Notes under the pieces: generated by a model
Seen by the model: only the letters and a program-made list of their open reading frames with translations
Told to the model about the DNA's origin: nothing
Database searches by the model: none
Shown: piece after piece, positions 1-9,755 of the stretch
Layout: every line of letters starts with the position of its first letter
How positions within the stretch are numbered: the stretch's first letter is position 1
Source of the DNA: a bacterium
Lineage (GTDB): Bacteria; SZUA-182; DTGQ01; JAFGSM01
Assembly (NCBI GenBank): GCA_049472315.1
Contig: JBLIRN010000007.1
Location: 1-37,941, forward strand
Length of the DNA stretch: 37,941 bases
Direction: 5' to 3'
Program-made: the position numbers and the translations under genes

Positions 1-445
1 ATCGGCCACGGTAATCGATCGATGAACAAAAAATAATATTATGAAAAAAATATCAATAACAAAATATATAGTAAAAACAAGTAATATTCAATACCTTGTA
101 TAGTGATATATACGAGGAGACCTACTCCTATTCGGCTCTTTCAAAAGATATCAGTCTGTTTTTGGTGGAGCATCAAAAAGATCGGGGACACAAGAGTGTC
201 GTGAAGATGCCCGATAGGCTATTCTCGCGATACGCGTTGGGCAAGAGAGTCCCTTTGGCAGGGGCTGTTCCTGAAGGCAGGGAAGACATTGCGACCGTGC
301 ATAGGTATGCGTTATGGTTACATACACCACTTCCGACGAAAATGCCACAATGCAAGATAGTATAGGGCACCTATAGCGAGAGACAGTCCTGCCCGGTCTG
401 CGGCCTATATGATGGACAGGTGCTCCTGGAAAGGGGCGCAAGCGC

Positions 446-465
446 ATAAAGCGGGAGAGACCCGC
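446..465 (-). terminator. Possible intrinsic terminator of the nagA-slt-receiver unit
   Basis: Minus strand reads GCGGG-tctct-CCCGC followed by TTTAT, 16 nt after the receiver-gene stop. The stem and U-tract are short. Confidence 0.4.
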
Positions 466-481
466 GTGTTGCGGCAGTCGG

Positions 482-838
482 TCAACAAAGCGAGTTGATG
501 GAGTCGGATAATTCGTCGAGGGAATAGGGCTTTTTCAGGTAAATGTCGGGCTTGAACCCTTCCAGTTCGTCCTGCAGGGGATCGTCCAATACACCTGAGG
601 CAACGATGGTCTTGATCGCCGGATATTTTTGTTTGATGAATCTGAGGATGTCGAGGCCGCTCTTGTGCCCTTCAAGGTAGAGGTCAAGGATCGCAAAATC
701 GGGCACCTCGGTCTCGATGGCCTTCATTGCCTCATCGGCTGTTTTTGAGGTGGAAACCTTATATCCCCTCTTTTCGAAAAACAGTGCGAGCAATTCGGCG
801 ATTTCTACTTCATCTTCTGCTATGTGGATCCTCCTCAC
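482..838 (-). CDS. Single-domain response regulator (receiver/CheY-like)
   Basis: 118 aa with IHIAEDE acidic pocket, PDFAILDLYL phosphoacceptor Asp, SGLDIL, IVASG and YLKKPYS. GGAGG lies upstream of the GTG start. Overlaps the slt 3' end by 29 nt. Confidence 0.93.
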   Translation of the reverse strand: MRRIHIAEDEVEIAELLALFFEKRGYKVSTSKTADEAMKAIETEVPDFAILDLYLEGHKSGLDILRFIKQKYPAIKTIVASGVLDDPLQDELEGFKPDIYLKKPYSLDELSDSINSLC

Positions 839-3098
839 AGATGACCTCCTTTGCGTGTGTGGTGTTGGTGACCTTCAAAGGGGTGTACATTCTTTTATAC
901 ATCCAGTAATTTTTCATGATCCTCTTCACGTAATCCCTGGTTTCATAATAGGGGATGTTCTCGATGAACTCATCGACTTCGAGGTGCCCGAACCGATCCT
1001 GCCAGCGCTTGACGGCCCCCGGCCCGGCATTGTAAGAGGCGAGGGCATATACCATATTCTGGTCGAACCGGTCCAACAACCCCTTGAGAAAAAAGCACCC
1101 GAAGGTGACATTCAGCTCGGGATCGAACAGCACGTTCAAGTCCGAGGCGATATCCACGCCGAGCTCGCGGGCAATGGCGCTCCCCGTGGAGGGGATGATC
1201 TGCATGAGGCCATAGGCGGAGGAACTGGAGAGGGCAACGGGGTCAAACAGGCTCTCCTGGCGGATGACGGAAAGCACCAGGATGGGATCGATGTTGTAAT
1301 CCCTGGCCTTTTCCTGGACGAGAGAGGAATAGCCCAAGGGGTATATGAGGAGATCCTCCGGCTTGCCCAGCGAGGTCTCCTGCGATTTCATATGCCGCTT
1401 CCGGATGATCCCGATGCGTATCCCCAGATCATGGGCGCCGTTCATGTGGGCAATGGACGAGAGACAAAACAGGAGCTCGGGTGATGCCTTTTCCTGTGCA
1501 TACGCATGGTGCCGGATCTCCTTGATCGAATCCTCCCTGAATCCCAGCAGCCACAGCTCCATCACCCTGTTGACAATGTTCTTCTCGCGCTCGTCGAGCA
1601 GCAGGGCGAGATCTTCCTCTGCCTCCTCGTCCACCGGGTCAGGTCGCACACATGCAGGATTGTTCGGATCGTCATGGCATCCCAGCCATATCTCGGTAAG
1701 GCCCGAATAGAAGGACCAGGACGGCTCTTTGAGGATCGCCTGGTATGACTCGATCGCCTTCTCGGGTTTTCCCCGCTTCTCCTCAATCCTGCCCTTCCAG
1801 TAAAGCAACTGCTGACGAAAGCTCACATCGTCGATCCTGGCAAGATACCGGTCGAAATGGTTCAGTGCATGACGATAATAACCGCCCATATAGTAGACCC
1901 ACCCGATTCGCCACACCACATTGCGGTAGAATGAATTCCCTTCCCCCAGATCGAGGATCTTCTGATAGTATTCCACCGCATCGATGAGGCGGTTCTCCTC
2001 CTCGGCCATCCGTCCCAGGATGTAAAAGACCTCTGCACGATTTTCCCAACAGGTGCGGACCTTGGCGAGCTGCTCCAGGTGTTGACGGGCCTCCGTGCTG
2101 CGATGGTCGTTCCACAGGGTTCTCGCCAGGAACAGCCGGGCATCGAACACGCAGTCGGATTCCGGCAGGGTGCGTACCATCTCCTGTAGGGTTTCAACGG
2201 CAAGGTCCCTTCTCCCCGTCCTCTTGTAGCTCTGCGCCAGCTTGAACATGGCCCGGCAGTATTCGGGAAACCGGGGCCGTGCACTGATCACCGACCGGTA
2301 TGCCTCGATTGCCGCATCGTACCAACGCCGCTTATACAGGATCTCCGCCTTCTGAAATATCTCTTCGGCCGACAGATCGAAAGGTCCCAAATCCCTCTCT
2401 CTGTGTATCTTGAGGATATAGTTGTGCGCCACCTTGGTGAAATCGGAGCAGGGTTCATTGATCAAAAGGAACTTGAAGCTCTCCAGGGCGGGTTCCCATT
2501 CCCCCATCTCCATGTGGCATATTCCGATCTGGAACCTGCTGTAAACGCTCTCGGAAGGAAGAAGTTCCAGGGACTTTTTGTAGGACTCTATGGCATTCCG
2601 GTAATCCCCTGCACAAAAATGGATATCTCCCAGTTTCAGATGGACCCTGGGTATCAGGATGCTCTCCTGCCAGGTGGTGACGATCTCGTTGAGAAGGGCG
2701 ATCGCATCATCGTATTTGCCCTTGTTCTCGAGGCACAGCGCCATGTAAAACGTCGCATAATCCTTAAGATAGGGATATTCCCTGAATGCCTTGGCAAACC
2801 ATCCCGTGGCCTCATCCCACTCCTTGGCTTCGAAGGAATGCCATCCCTGTTGAAAGATCATCCTCTTTTCCTGAATGTTGGGGTCCTGGAAGTTCGGGCT
2901 GATATACTCATCAAGGGTTTTGCCTCGTAAAGGAACGAACGTGGTTACCTTCTCCTCTGACAGGTAGATATGTGAAAACTGCTCTGGATCCTTCATCTGG
3001 ACGCGTGAGACCGCACACCCCTGCACGGCGAGCGCCGCACAGGCGAATATGAGGCTTTGCACACAAACAATGGTGCGTATCCGATGCCGAAGGCTCAT
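810..3098 (-). CDS. TPR-repeat soluble lytic murein transglycosylase (Slt-like), predicted lipoprotein
   Basis: C-terminal SLT motifs VIRQESLF (catalytic Glu), AYGLMQIIPST, ALASYNAGPG and ETRDYVKRI. Many TPR-like helical repeats precede them. Lipobox-like ALAVQG-C. Start set to ATG 3098, which forms an ATGA overlap with the nagA stop. Confidence 0.92.
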   Translation of the reverse strand: MSLRHRIRTIVCVQSLIFACAALAVQGCAVSRVQMKDPEQFSHIYLSEEKVTTFVPLRGKTLDEYISPNFQDPNIQEKRMIFQQGWHSFEAKEWDEATGWFAKAFREYPYLKDYATFYMALCLENKGKYDDAIALLNEIVTTWQESILIPRVHLKLGDIHFCAGDYRNAIESYKKSLELLPSESVYSRFQIGICHMEMGEWEPALESFKFLLINEPCSDFTKVAHNYILKIHRERDLGPFDLSAEEIFQKAEILYKRRWYDAAIEAYRSVISARPRFPEYCRAMFKLAQSYKRTGRRDLAVETLQEMVRTLPESDCVFDARLFLARTLWNDHRSTEARQHLEQLAKVRTCWENRAEVFYILGRMAEEENRLIDAVEYYQKILDLGEGNSFYRNVVWRIGWVYYMGGYYRHALNHFDRYLARIDDVSFRQQLLYWKGRIEEKRGKPEKAIESYQAILKEPSWSFYSGLTEIWLGCHDDPNNPACVRPDPVDEEAEEDLALLLDEREKNIVNRVMELWLLGFREDSIKEIRHHAYAQEKASPELLFCLSSIAHMNGAHDLGIRIGIIRKRHMKSQETSLGKPEDLLIYPLGYSSLVQEKARDYNIDPILVLSVIRQESLFDPVALSSSSAYGLMQIIPSTGSAIARELGVDIASDLNVLFDPELNVTFGCFFLKGLLDRFDQNMVYALASYNAGPGAVKRWQDRFGHLEVDEFIENIPYYETRDYVKRIMKNYWMYKRMYTPLKVTNTTHAKEVICEEDPHSRR

Positions 3099-4336
3099 GC
3101 CGTTTTTGCTCCCAGGTCTTCCATCACCCGCTCGCCTCCCTTGATAACGAGCCGGGGATTGCACTCCTGGTCCAGGACCGTGATATCCGCCTTGTATCCG
3201 GGTGCAATCCGCCCGATTTCCCCATCTGCGCAAAGAAGTCGTGCGGGGTTTGCCGTTGCCATAGCCACCGCCTGGGACATCGGCACAAGGCCGAAGTCCC
3301 TGCAGTTCTTGATTGCCTGAGGAAGGGACAGGGAGGAGCCCGCAAGGCGTTCCCTGCTGTCGGTAATACGCCCCTTGATGTACGTCATCGCATCCACCCC
3401 CTCCTGTTGGTCATCCGCACCCCGTCGAACCTGCCTCTTGTGCCCCCCCTGCGCTGTCATGGAATATTCACCCTCTTCCAGTCCCACCAGGGGGTTGCAG
3501 TCCGTGACAAGCACCACCCGATCGGCTCCGAGCATACGAAGGAGTATACGTGCGGCAATCGGGTGCACGTGGAGACCGTCAAGTATTAATTCGGCCGTTA
3601 TCTCGGAAGAAATCAACAATGCCCCTATGACCCCTGGTTCCCGATGGTGAAAGGCACCCATGGCATTGAAAAAGTGGCAGGCATGGCTCGCCCCCAGGTC
3701 GATCGCCTCCCGGACCTTGTCATGGGAGGCGCACGAGTGCCCTATCGACACGGTGATGCCCTGTTGCCTGGCAAAGCGGATCAACTCCGAAGCGCCGTCG
3801 AGCTCCGGCGCCATGGTCAGGATGGCGATGCTTCCCCGGGACGCCTCGACGAGGTGGGCAAGATCGCCGGTATCCGGGAGAAGGAGGTACTCGCGGTGGT
3901 GGGCCCCTGCCTTTTCAGGGCTGAGAAAGGGACCCTCCAGGTGAATCCCTCGAATCATCCCCCCTGTATTCTCCGATGCCTGCCAATCGGCGATTCGTTG
4001 TGCCGCCTGTGCTATGGCCTCCAGGGGGGCGGTCATGAGGGTGGGAACGATGGTGGTGGTCCCCCGGTTAAGGTGGAACCGGAGGATGCGGTCACAATCA
4101 TCCGGCCCAGCATCCAGGAAATCGGTCCCCAGTGCACCGTGGAGGTGGATATCGATGAGCCCTGGGCAGATCATCATATCGGGAAGGTTCACGGTCGTAT
4201 TACTCGGGATTGCCCCCACCTCATCCCTGGCAAATACCCCCTGTATGAGACCGTCCTTGCAGAAAACCACCCCTTCCCGGATCTCTTCGCAGGGGGTAAA
4301 TACCGTACCGCCGATCAGGATCAACTCACCAGACAT
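3095..4336 (-). CDS. nagA: N-acetylglucosamine-6-phosphate deacetylase
   Basis: PGLIDIHLHG, GIHLEGPFLS, TMAPE, SIGHS, HFFNAM, REPG, DGLHVHP, VLVTD, LAGS and ATANPA motifs. Start ATG 4336 with GAAGGA upstream. Confidence 0.95.
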   Translation of the reverse strand: MSGELILIGGTVFTPCEEIREGVVFCKDGLIQGVFARDEVGAIPSNTTVNLPDMMICPGLIDIHLHGALGTDFLDAGPDDCDRILRFHLNRGTTTIVPTLMTAPLEAIAQAAQRIADWQASENTGGMIRGIHLEGPFLSPEKAGAHHREYLLLPDTGDLAHLVEASRGSIAILTMAPELDGASELIRFARQQGITVSIGHSCASHDKVREAIDLGASHACHFFNAMGAFHHREPGVIGALLISSEITAELILDGLHVHPIAARILLRMLGADRVVLVTDCNPLVGLEEGEYSMTAQGGHKRQVRRGADDQQEGVDAMTYIKGRITDSRERLAGSSLSLPQAIKNCRDFGLVPMSQAVAMATANPARLLCADGEIGRIAPGYKADITVLDQECNPRLVIKGGERVMEDLGAKTA

Positions 4337-4396
4337 TCGTTCCTTCGATCGTGGCGAAAGCACATGAACGGCTATTGCGCAATATGCTACGAGCCA

Positions 4397-4879
4397 TCAG
4401 AGTTTGTAGCCGAATTTCCTGAGCAGTTCCCTACGTTCAGCCTTGTCCCTTTCGGTCTCAACACCCTTCGGGCTGAAACCGTCGATCACGCCCATCACCC
4501 CGCGTCCCTGCCCGCTCTGGGCAACCACCACCTCCACAGGATTTGCAGTCGCGCAAAAGATGCGGCACACCTCCGGACATGCCTTGACCGCATTGAGGCA
4601 GTTTATGGGAAAGGCATCCCTGATAAGGACGAAGAAGGTGTGTCCCGCCCCTACGTTTCGGGCATTATTGACACAGGCGTCGATGAGGGCAGGGTCGTTT
4701 CCCTCCGTTCTGATAAGACAATGCTGCGATGCCTCGCAAAAGGCGATGCCGAACTTGATCCCCGGGGCGCTCCCCACCAATGCCTCATACAGATCCTCTG
4801 CCGTCTTGATGAAGTGGGTTTGACCGAAAATCACATTGCTACCCTCAGGTATCTCCAATGTTATTGTTTGAATCTCCAT
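4397..4879 (-). CDS. Adenosine-specific kinase family protein (DUF355 / PAE2307-like)
   Basis: NVIFGQTHFIKTAEDLYE, FGIAFCEAS, GAGHTF, CRIFCATANP, GRGVMGVIDG and C-terminal LLRKFGYKL signature. Confidence 0.88.
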   Translation of the reverse strand: MEIQTITLEIPEGSNVIFGQTHFIKTAEDLYEALVGSAPGIKFGIAFCEASQHCLIRTEGNDPALIDACVNNARNVGAGHTFFVLIRDAFPINCLNAVKACPEVCRIFCATANPVEVVVAQSGQGRGVMGVIDGFSPKGVETERDKAERRELLRKFGYKL

Positions 4880-5205
4880 GGCTCGTCCCCCTGCCTTTGA
4901 AACCCTGATTCACCACCAATCATGCGCCCATTGGTTCAATTGTAAAATCGCGGACATTGTAACGTATCCCAAGAAAAGAATCAAAGCAATAGGGGCGGTA
5001 TCGGCAATTCTAATTTTGCCATTGGGTCGCCGTTGGAGGCCTCGTTTATGAAGCGATACACGGAGTCCTCTTGTGGTCCGAAATCAGAATTGCGGGTCAG
5101 GTTGCATCCGGTGAAAGAGGCAGTGAGAGAAGGTTTTTTATTTCTGTGACCACTTGTCATATAATGATATAAATTCCTATTGCAGGGAGACACAAGGAGG
5201 ACACT

Positions 5206-5712
5206 ATGCAAAAGCCGATAGTCAGTATCCTGATGGGGAGCGACCATGACCTTCCGGTGATGAGGGAGGCGGGTGAGGTGCTCGCATCGTTTGAAATTCC
5301 CTTTGAATATTCGGTAACCTCCGCGCACCGCTCACCCCAGAGGACAGCGGACATTGCCCGCACTGCGGAGGAGCGGGGGATCAAGGTGATGATTGTGGGC
5401 GCCGGAATGGCTGCCCATCTTGCCGGGAACGTGGCAGCATGGACCACCCTGCCCGTCCTGGGGGTGCCCATCGACGCCACGCTGGGAGGCCTCGATGCCC
5501 TCCTTTCCACCGTACAGATGCCTCCGGGCGTCCCTGTGGGGACCATGGGCATAGGTAAGGCAGGGGCACGCAATGCAGCGATTCTGGCGGTCCGGATCCT
5601 CGCCCTCTCCGATGCCGGCCTGAAGGAAAGGCTTCGCCTGTATAAGGAGACAATGGCCCGGGAGGTGGAGGAAAAGGACCGGAGGCTGCGGGATACCTCC
5701 CGAAGTGAGTAA
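5206..5712 (+). CDS. purE: N5-carboxyaminoimidazole ribonucleotide mutase
   Basis: ILMGSDHD, SAHRSP, GAGMAAHLAG, PVLGVP and LLSTVQMPPGVPV motifs. AAGGAGG RBS. Confidence 0.97.
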   Translation: MQKPIVSILMGSDHDLPVMREAGEVLASFEIPFEYSVTSAHRSPQRTADIARTAEERGIKVMIVGAGMAAHLAGNVAAWTTLPVLGVPIDATLGGLDALLSTVQMPPGVPVGTMGIGKAGARNAAILAVRILALSDAGLKERLRLYKETMAREVEEKDRRLRDTSRSE

Positions 5713-5723
5713 GTCCTGATCCC

Positions 5724-6398
5724 ATGGGAAACGAAAAGGAAATTCGTGTGAAGGAAGAATCAGGCGTCACCGAGGTCATGGAATGCCCGCTGCACACGCC
5801 CGATCGGAGGGTTATTGCCAGGGCAGCGGCCATCATCTCACGGGGAGGCTTGGTGGTGTACCCCACCGACACCTTTTACGGCCTGGGAGGGGATCCCGGA
5901 AACGAACAAGCAGTCCGCAGGATATTCACGGCAAAGGGGCGCTCCGTGCACAAGCCCCTCCCCCTCATCATTCCTCACCGTGATGATGCGGGTACATGGG
6001 CCCACGCCATTCCTCCCCTTGCCGAGCGATTGATGGATCGGTTCTGGCCTGGTCCGCTCACCATCCTCTTTCCATCTTCCCCTGCCCTTCCCGCGATCCT
6101 GACCGCAGGTACGGGAAAAATCGGGCTCAGAATGCCCAATGCGCCGATCGCCACCGCCATTGCCAGGGAGGCACAAACGGCGATCATCGCAACCAGTGCG
6201 AATCTTTCGGGAAGGGGTTCAGTGAGCGCGATCGGTAAGCTGATCGAGGATCTGGAGGGTCTGGTCGACCTCGTCATCGATGCCGGCGAGCTTCCTCCCT
6301 CTCTGGGGTCCACCATAGTGGACGCAACCGGCAGAAGGGCCCGGATCGTGCGGGAGGGGGACATACCGGGAGAAATAATACGCGGAATAGATACGTAA
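5724..6398 (+). CDS. tsaC: L-threonylcarbamoyladenylate synthase (TsaC/Sua5/YrdC)
   Basis: VVYPTDTFYGLG, KGR...KPL, FWPGPLT, IGLRMP, ATSANLSG and STIVD motifs. Exact start uncertain. Confidence 0.95.
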   Translation: MGNEKEIRVKEESGVTEVMECPLHTPDRRVIARAAAIISRGGLVVYPTDTFYGLGGDPGNEQAVRRIFTAKGRSVHKPLPLIIPHRDDAGTWAHAIPPLAERLMDRFWPGPLTILFPSSPALPAILTAGTGKIGLRMPNAPIATAIAREAQTAIIATSANLSGRGSVSAIGKLIEDLEGLVDLVIDAGELPPSLGSTIVDATGRRARIVREGDIPGEIIRGIDT

Positions 6399-6408
6399 GG
6401 GGCTTATA

Positions 6409-6440
6409 CAAACCCTCAGATCACGAAGAAACATGAAGAT
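6409..6440 (+). repeat. Possible degenerate copy of the repeat unit at 15005-15150
   Basis: CAAACCCTCA followed by CACGAAG..CATG.A.AT matches the CAAACCCTCATG / CACGAAGCATGTAAAT parts of that unit. The internal hairpin is missing. Confidence 0.3.
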
Positions 6441-6612
6441 GCCGCATAGGCTATTTAGGTGAAACACCCATCAATCTCGCGATTCACAAGGGGCATAAGG
6501 ATATCCACAGGGAGTTTTTACGTGAAGGATGTATGAATCGTATGATTCGCAAAGGATTATGAAAATACTCTAAGGGAATTTTCAGATGAAAGATAATGAT
6601 AGGGGTGGATAC

Positions 6613-8109
6613 ATGGATAGGGATAAGGAGAAGGTGCCCCGTTCGGGGGGAACCCCCGTCATCCCAAATCAACAGGGAATTCCGGGAAGGATCCTCGATC
6701 GTATCCACCGGGCTGCCGAAGAGGTACACGCCCGGGTTTATCTTGTGGGAGGCTGGGTGCGAAACTATGTGCTCAATAGGCCCGCCCTGGATATCGACCT
6801 CCTGGTCTACGGGGACCAGAACTTCCTCTCCACCCTTCGCACCCGTATCCCTTCTACCCTGATCTGCCTGGACAAGGAGCGGAGCATCCATCGCCTCGCC
6901 CTGAAGGGGTCCCCTGCCACCATCGACATAGCATTCGAGAAGGAATCGGTACCCATTGAACAAAACCTGGGGGAGCGGGATTTCACCATCAATGCGATGG
7001 CGGTGAAACCGGAAGATGTTGCGCTCAGCAGCGGCCTCGGTGAGGGTGCGCTCATCGATCCCTTCCATGGGAGGGAGGATGCGGAACAGGGGATCATCCG
7101 GATGGTACGGGAGGGGAACTTCCTCCTCGACCCATTGCGGCTTTGCAGGGCATTCAGATTCGGCGCGGAGTTCGGCTTTACCATAGAGAAGAAAACCCTT
7201 GGGGCGATCACCCGGCACGCATCACTCATCAATCCCGTTTCACCCGAGAGGATACGTGAGGAATGGGTAAAGATGATGGGATGCCCTTGCACCGCACCAT
7301 ATATTAAAGAGATGAAGGAGACAGGTCTCCTCGGGGAAATCCTTCCCGAGATCCGCCCCATGGAGGGGCTCGATCAGGGCCAAAGGCACGCCTTCACCCT
7401 CTGGGAGCATTCCTGGGAGGTCCTCCATATCCTCGAGGAAATGATGCATGACCCGAATGCCTTCCTTCCCCCCGTTTGTGCCGACCTGGTTCACTCCTTC
7501 ACGCGTGAACACGCCGACCGGATTCCCTATCTTCGCATGGCCGCCCTCTTCCATGACATCGGGAAGCCCGGGGTCAAAGAAACAGGGAAAAGGGGACAGA
7601 TCACCTTCTACGGGCATCAGAAAAAGGGGTCGAAAATCCTGAGCAGGCGGATGGATGCCCTTCGGTTCAGCAGGGCGGAAATCCGCCTCACCACAAGACT
7701 CGTGGAGGACCACATGAGGCCCCTGCTTCTCTCTCTGGCACCGAAGGCATCGGCAAAGGCCAAGGTACGGTTCTTCATCCGCGTCGGGGATACATGGCAA
7801 GCGGTGCTCCTGCTCTCCCTTGCCGACGTATTTGCAACGGTCAGGGACATACAAGCCAGGAATACCTATGCCGGCTTTGTCGCCTCCCTCCTCCATCTCA
7901 AAGGGGAAATAGCGCAGCGGGAGAAAAAGGCGCCCCTGGTCACGGGTGACGACCTGCAACGGGAGGTCCTTTTCCCACCGGGTCCGCTCATGGGAAAGGC
8001 CCTGGCTGCGATCCATCAATCACACCTGTGCGGTGCGATCACCACAAGGGAGGAGGCACTTGCCATGGCGCGCACGTTCCTTCCCAATGCAAAAACGGAA
8101 TCCATTTAG
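6613..8109 (+). CDS. Class II tRNA nucleotidyltransferase / poly(A) polymerase family protein with HD domain (likely CC-adding type)
   Basis: VYLVGGWVRN..LDIDL (DxD), ERDFTINAMA, LIDPFHG, DPLRLCRAFRF, SPERIREE, ALFHDIGKP, FYGH and DHMRP. ATG 6613 has an AGGGGTGG RBS; the ORF is open from 6586. Confidence 0.9.
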   Translation: MDRDKEKVPRSGGTPVIPNQQGIPGRILDRIHRAAEEVHARVYLVGGWVRNYVLNRPALDIDLLVYGDQNFLSTLRTRIPSTLICLDKERSIHRLALKGSPATIDIAFEKESVPIEQNLGERDFTINAMAVKPEDVALSSGLGEGALIDPFHGREDAEQGIIRMVREGNFLLDPLRLCRAFRFGAEFGFTIEKKTLGAITRHASLINPVSPERIREEWVKMMGCPCTAPYIKEMKETGLLGEILPEIRPMEGLDQGQRHAFTLWEHSWEVLHILEEMMHDPNAFLPPVCADLVHSFTREHADRIPYLRMAALFHDIGKPGVKETGKRGQITFYGHQKKGSKILSRRMDALRFSRAEIRLTTRLVEDHMRPLLLSLAPKASAKAKVRFFIRVGDTWQAVLLLSLADVFATVRDIQARNTYAGFVASLLHLKGEIAQREKKAPLVTGDDLQREVLFPPGPLMGKALAAIHQSHLCGAITTREEALAMARTFLPNAKTESI

Positions 8110-8149
8110 CCTATCTCCAAGGGTAGTGCGCATTGATAAGAATTTACTT

Positions 8150-8170
8150 TAAGCTATCAACTATAGCTTA
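8150..8170. promoter_or_regulatory. Perfect 8-5-8 inverted repeat upstream of resB; candidate operator
   Basis: TAAGCTAT-caact-ATAGCTTA in AT-rich intergenic DNA, about 65 bp upstream of a TTGACA hexamer. Confidence 0.4.
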
Positions 8171-8235
8171 CATATAATCAATATAATGTACCCCGTAGGC
8201 ATATACTGCATAGGGAGAAGGGAATTTCTTCAAAA

Positions 8236-8265
8236 TTGACATCTTATCTGTAACTATGGTAGAAA
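8236..8265 (+). promoter_or_regulatory. Candidate sigma70 promoter for resB-ccsA
   Basis: TTGACA (8236-8241), 18-bp spacer, TGn-TAGAAA (8260-8265). Confidence 0.5.
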
Positions 8266-8330
8266 AGCGTGATATGTATTTTCATTTCAGGGTATAACCT
8301 TAATTGGAAAGTGGAGTATCATAAATCGCC

Positions 8331-9755
8331 ATGAAAAGGATCATCAAATTCTTCAGCTCAGTAAAATTGGCCATCATACTCTTGATATGTCTGGCCTTCA
8401 CCTCCATCATCGGAACGGTCATCGCCCAGAAGCAGAATCCGGTCCTCTACATTCAGCACTACGGGCAAGGATTGTATAATTTTTTCAAATTCATGGGCTT
8501 CTTCGACGTGTACCATTCCTGGTGGTACATCGCCCTGCTTATCCTTCTCGCGATCAACATCCTGTTTTGTTCGTTGCGGAGATTGCCCGGTGACCTGAAG
8601 CGCATGGACCCGCAGTACGGAAAAGATAAGCCGAAGGATTCAAAATTCTCCAAAGGCAAGGTGTTTCATTCCACGGTTCCCGCATGCCGCGACACCTTCA
8701 TCTCCCTCCTCAGGAAAAACAGTCTGGGTGCACCCAAGGAAACAACAGAGGAAACGGGCGGCCTCAGGATGTTTTTTGAGAAGAACCGTCACGGCTGGGT
8801 AAACTTCTACCTTACCCACCTGAGCATCCTGATCATCCTTCTCGGAGGTATCCTCAGCGCCGGCCTGGGGATCAAGGGATACGTGCAAATTCCCGAGGGG
8901 CAAAGTACCGATAAATTCTTTGAATATCCCTCCAACGCACCGCATCCCCTTGGTTTTGTCGTGCGGTGTGATGCATTTGAGATAGAATACTATGCAAACA
9001 CACAGCGTCCGAAGGACTATCGGAGCCATTTGACCGTGCTGGATGAGGGAAAGGAAGTCACGAGCAAGGTCATCGAGGTCAACAAGCCCTTGACCTATAA
9101 GGGGATAACCCTCTATCAATCCAGCTACGGCGAAGACCCCCAATCGGGTGACCTGGTCATCCAGGTGAAGCCCTTGGAGGATTCATCAAAGGACCCTGTC
9201 CAGGAATTCCGGGTGAATCCGGGGGGAAGCTTTGAATTTACCGGGTCGGATGGGATAAAGAGGCGGATCACGGTCCGTCAGTTTCTGCCCGATTTCGGTA
9301 TGGATGCCCAGGGAAAGGCCTTCTCCAAGTCAAACCAGATGAAGAATCCCGCTGTTCAGCTCCTGGTTGCCAAAGGGGATGAGTCACCCTTTGCCGTGTG
9401 GAGCTTCCAGATGTTCCCCGACTTTCAGATGATCAAGAGGGGCGATTACATGTACACCCTCAAGGGATATCAGGGGACGATGTACACCGGACTCCAGGTG
9501 GGGAGGGACCCTGGGGTATGGGTCGTCTGGCTGGGATGCATCCTGCTCATGGCCGGGGTGATCCTGGTCCTGTTCTCATCCCATCAAAGGGTATGGATTA
9601 CGTTGACCCCGTCTCCCCAGGGGTGCAGCGCGCATATGATGGGCAGGGCGGACAAGAATAAGATAGGATTTGAAAAAAAATTCAATGACATATGGCAAGG
9701 AATGTGTGATTCCTTCGAGCAAAAACCGCATAATATCGATGTGAGGATTTCATAA
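8331..9755 (+). CDS. resB: Cytochrome c biogenesis protein ResB/Ccs1 (System II)
   Basis: FFSSVKLAIILL..SIIGTVI.Q, DVYHSWWY, LTHLSILIILLGG, IEVNKPL.YKG..LYQSSY and YTGLQVGRDPGVWVVWLG. Directly abuts ccsA (TAA-ATG). Confidence 0.95.
   Translation: MKRIIKFFSSVKLAIILLICLAFTSIIGTVIAQKQNPVLYIQHYGQGLYNFFKFMGFFDVYHSWWYIALLILLAINILFCSLRRLPGDLKRMDPQYGKDKPKDSKFSKGKVFHSTVPACRDTFISLLRKNSLGAPKETTEETGGLRMFFEKNRHGWVNFYLTHLSILIILLGGILSAGLGIKGYVQIPEGQSTDKFFEYPSNAPHPLGFVVRCDAFEIEYYANTQRPKDYRSHLTVLDEGKEVTSKVIEVNKPLTYKGITLYQSSYGEDPQSGDLVIQVKPLEDSSKDPVQEFRVNPGGSFEFTGSDGIKRRITVRQFLPDFGMDAQGKAFSKSNQMKNPAVQLLVAKGDESPFAVWSFQMFPDFQMIKRGDYMYTLKGYQGTMYTGLQVGRDPGVWVVWLGCILLMAGVILVLFSSHQRVWITLTPSPQGCSAHMMGRADKNKIGFEKKFNDIWQGMCDSFEQKPHNIDVRIS

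Noticed and set aside
1..447. Short ORFs and a very AT-rich stretch at the window start
   Set aside because: No motifs or convincing start. Probably promoter or leader DNA for a gene outside the window; cannot be resolved here.
3099..3233. N-terminal extension of the slt ORF
   Set aside because: Overlaps nagA in another frame. ATG 3098 gives an ATGA coupling and a proper signal peptide.
3644..4900. 418-aa plus-strand ORF
   Set aside because: Antisense shadow of nagA and the adenosine-kinase-family gene.
4880..5205. ZTP or purine riboswitch upstream of purE
   Set aside because: No match to the conserved motifs that I could see. An Rfam scan would be decisive.
6502..6509. Single DnaA-box-like TATCCACA
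   Set aside because: Isolated imperfect match, expected by chance.
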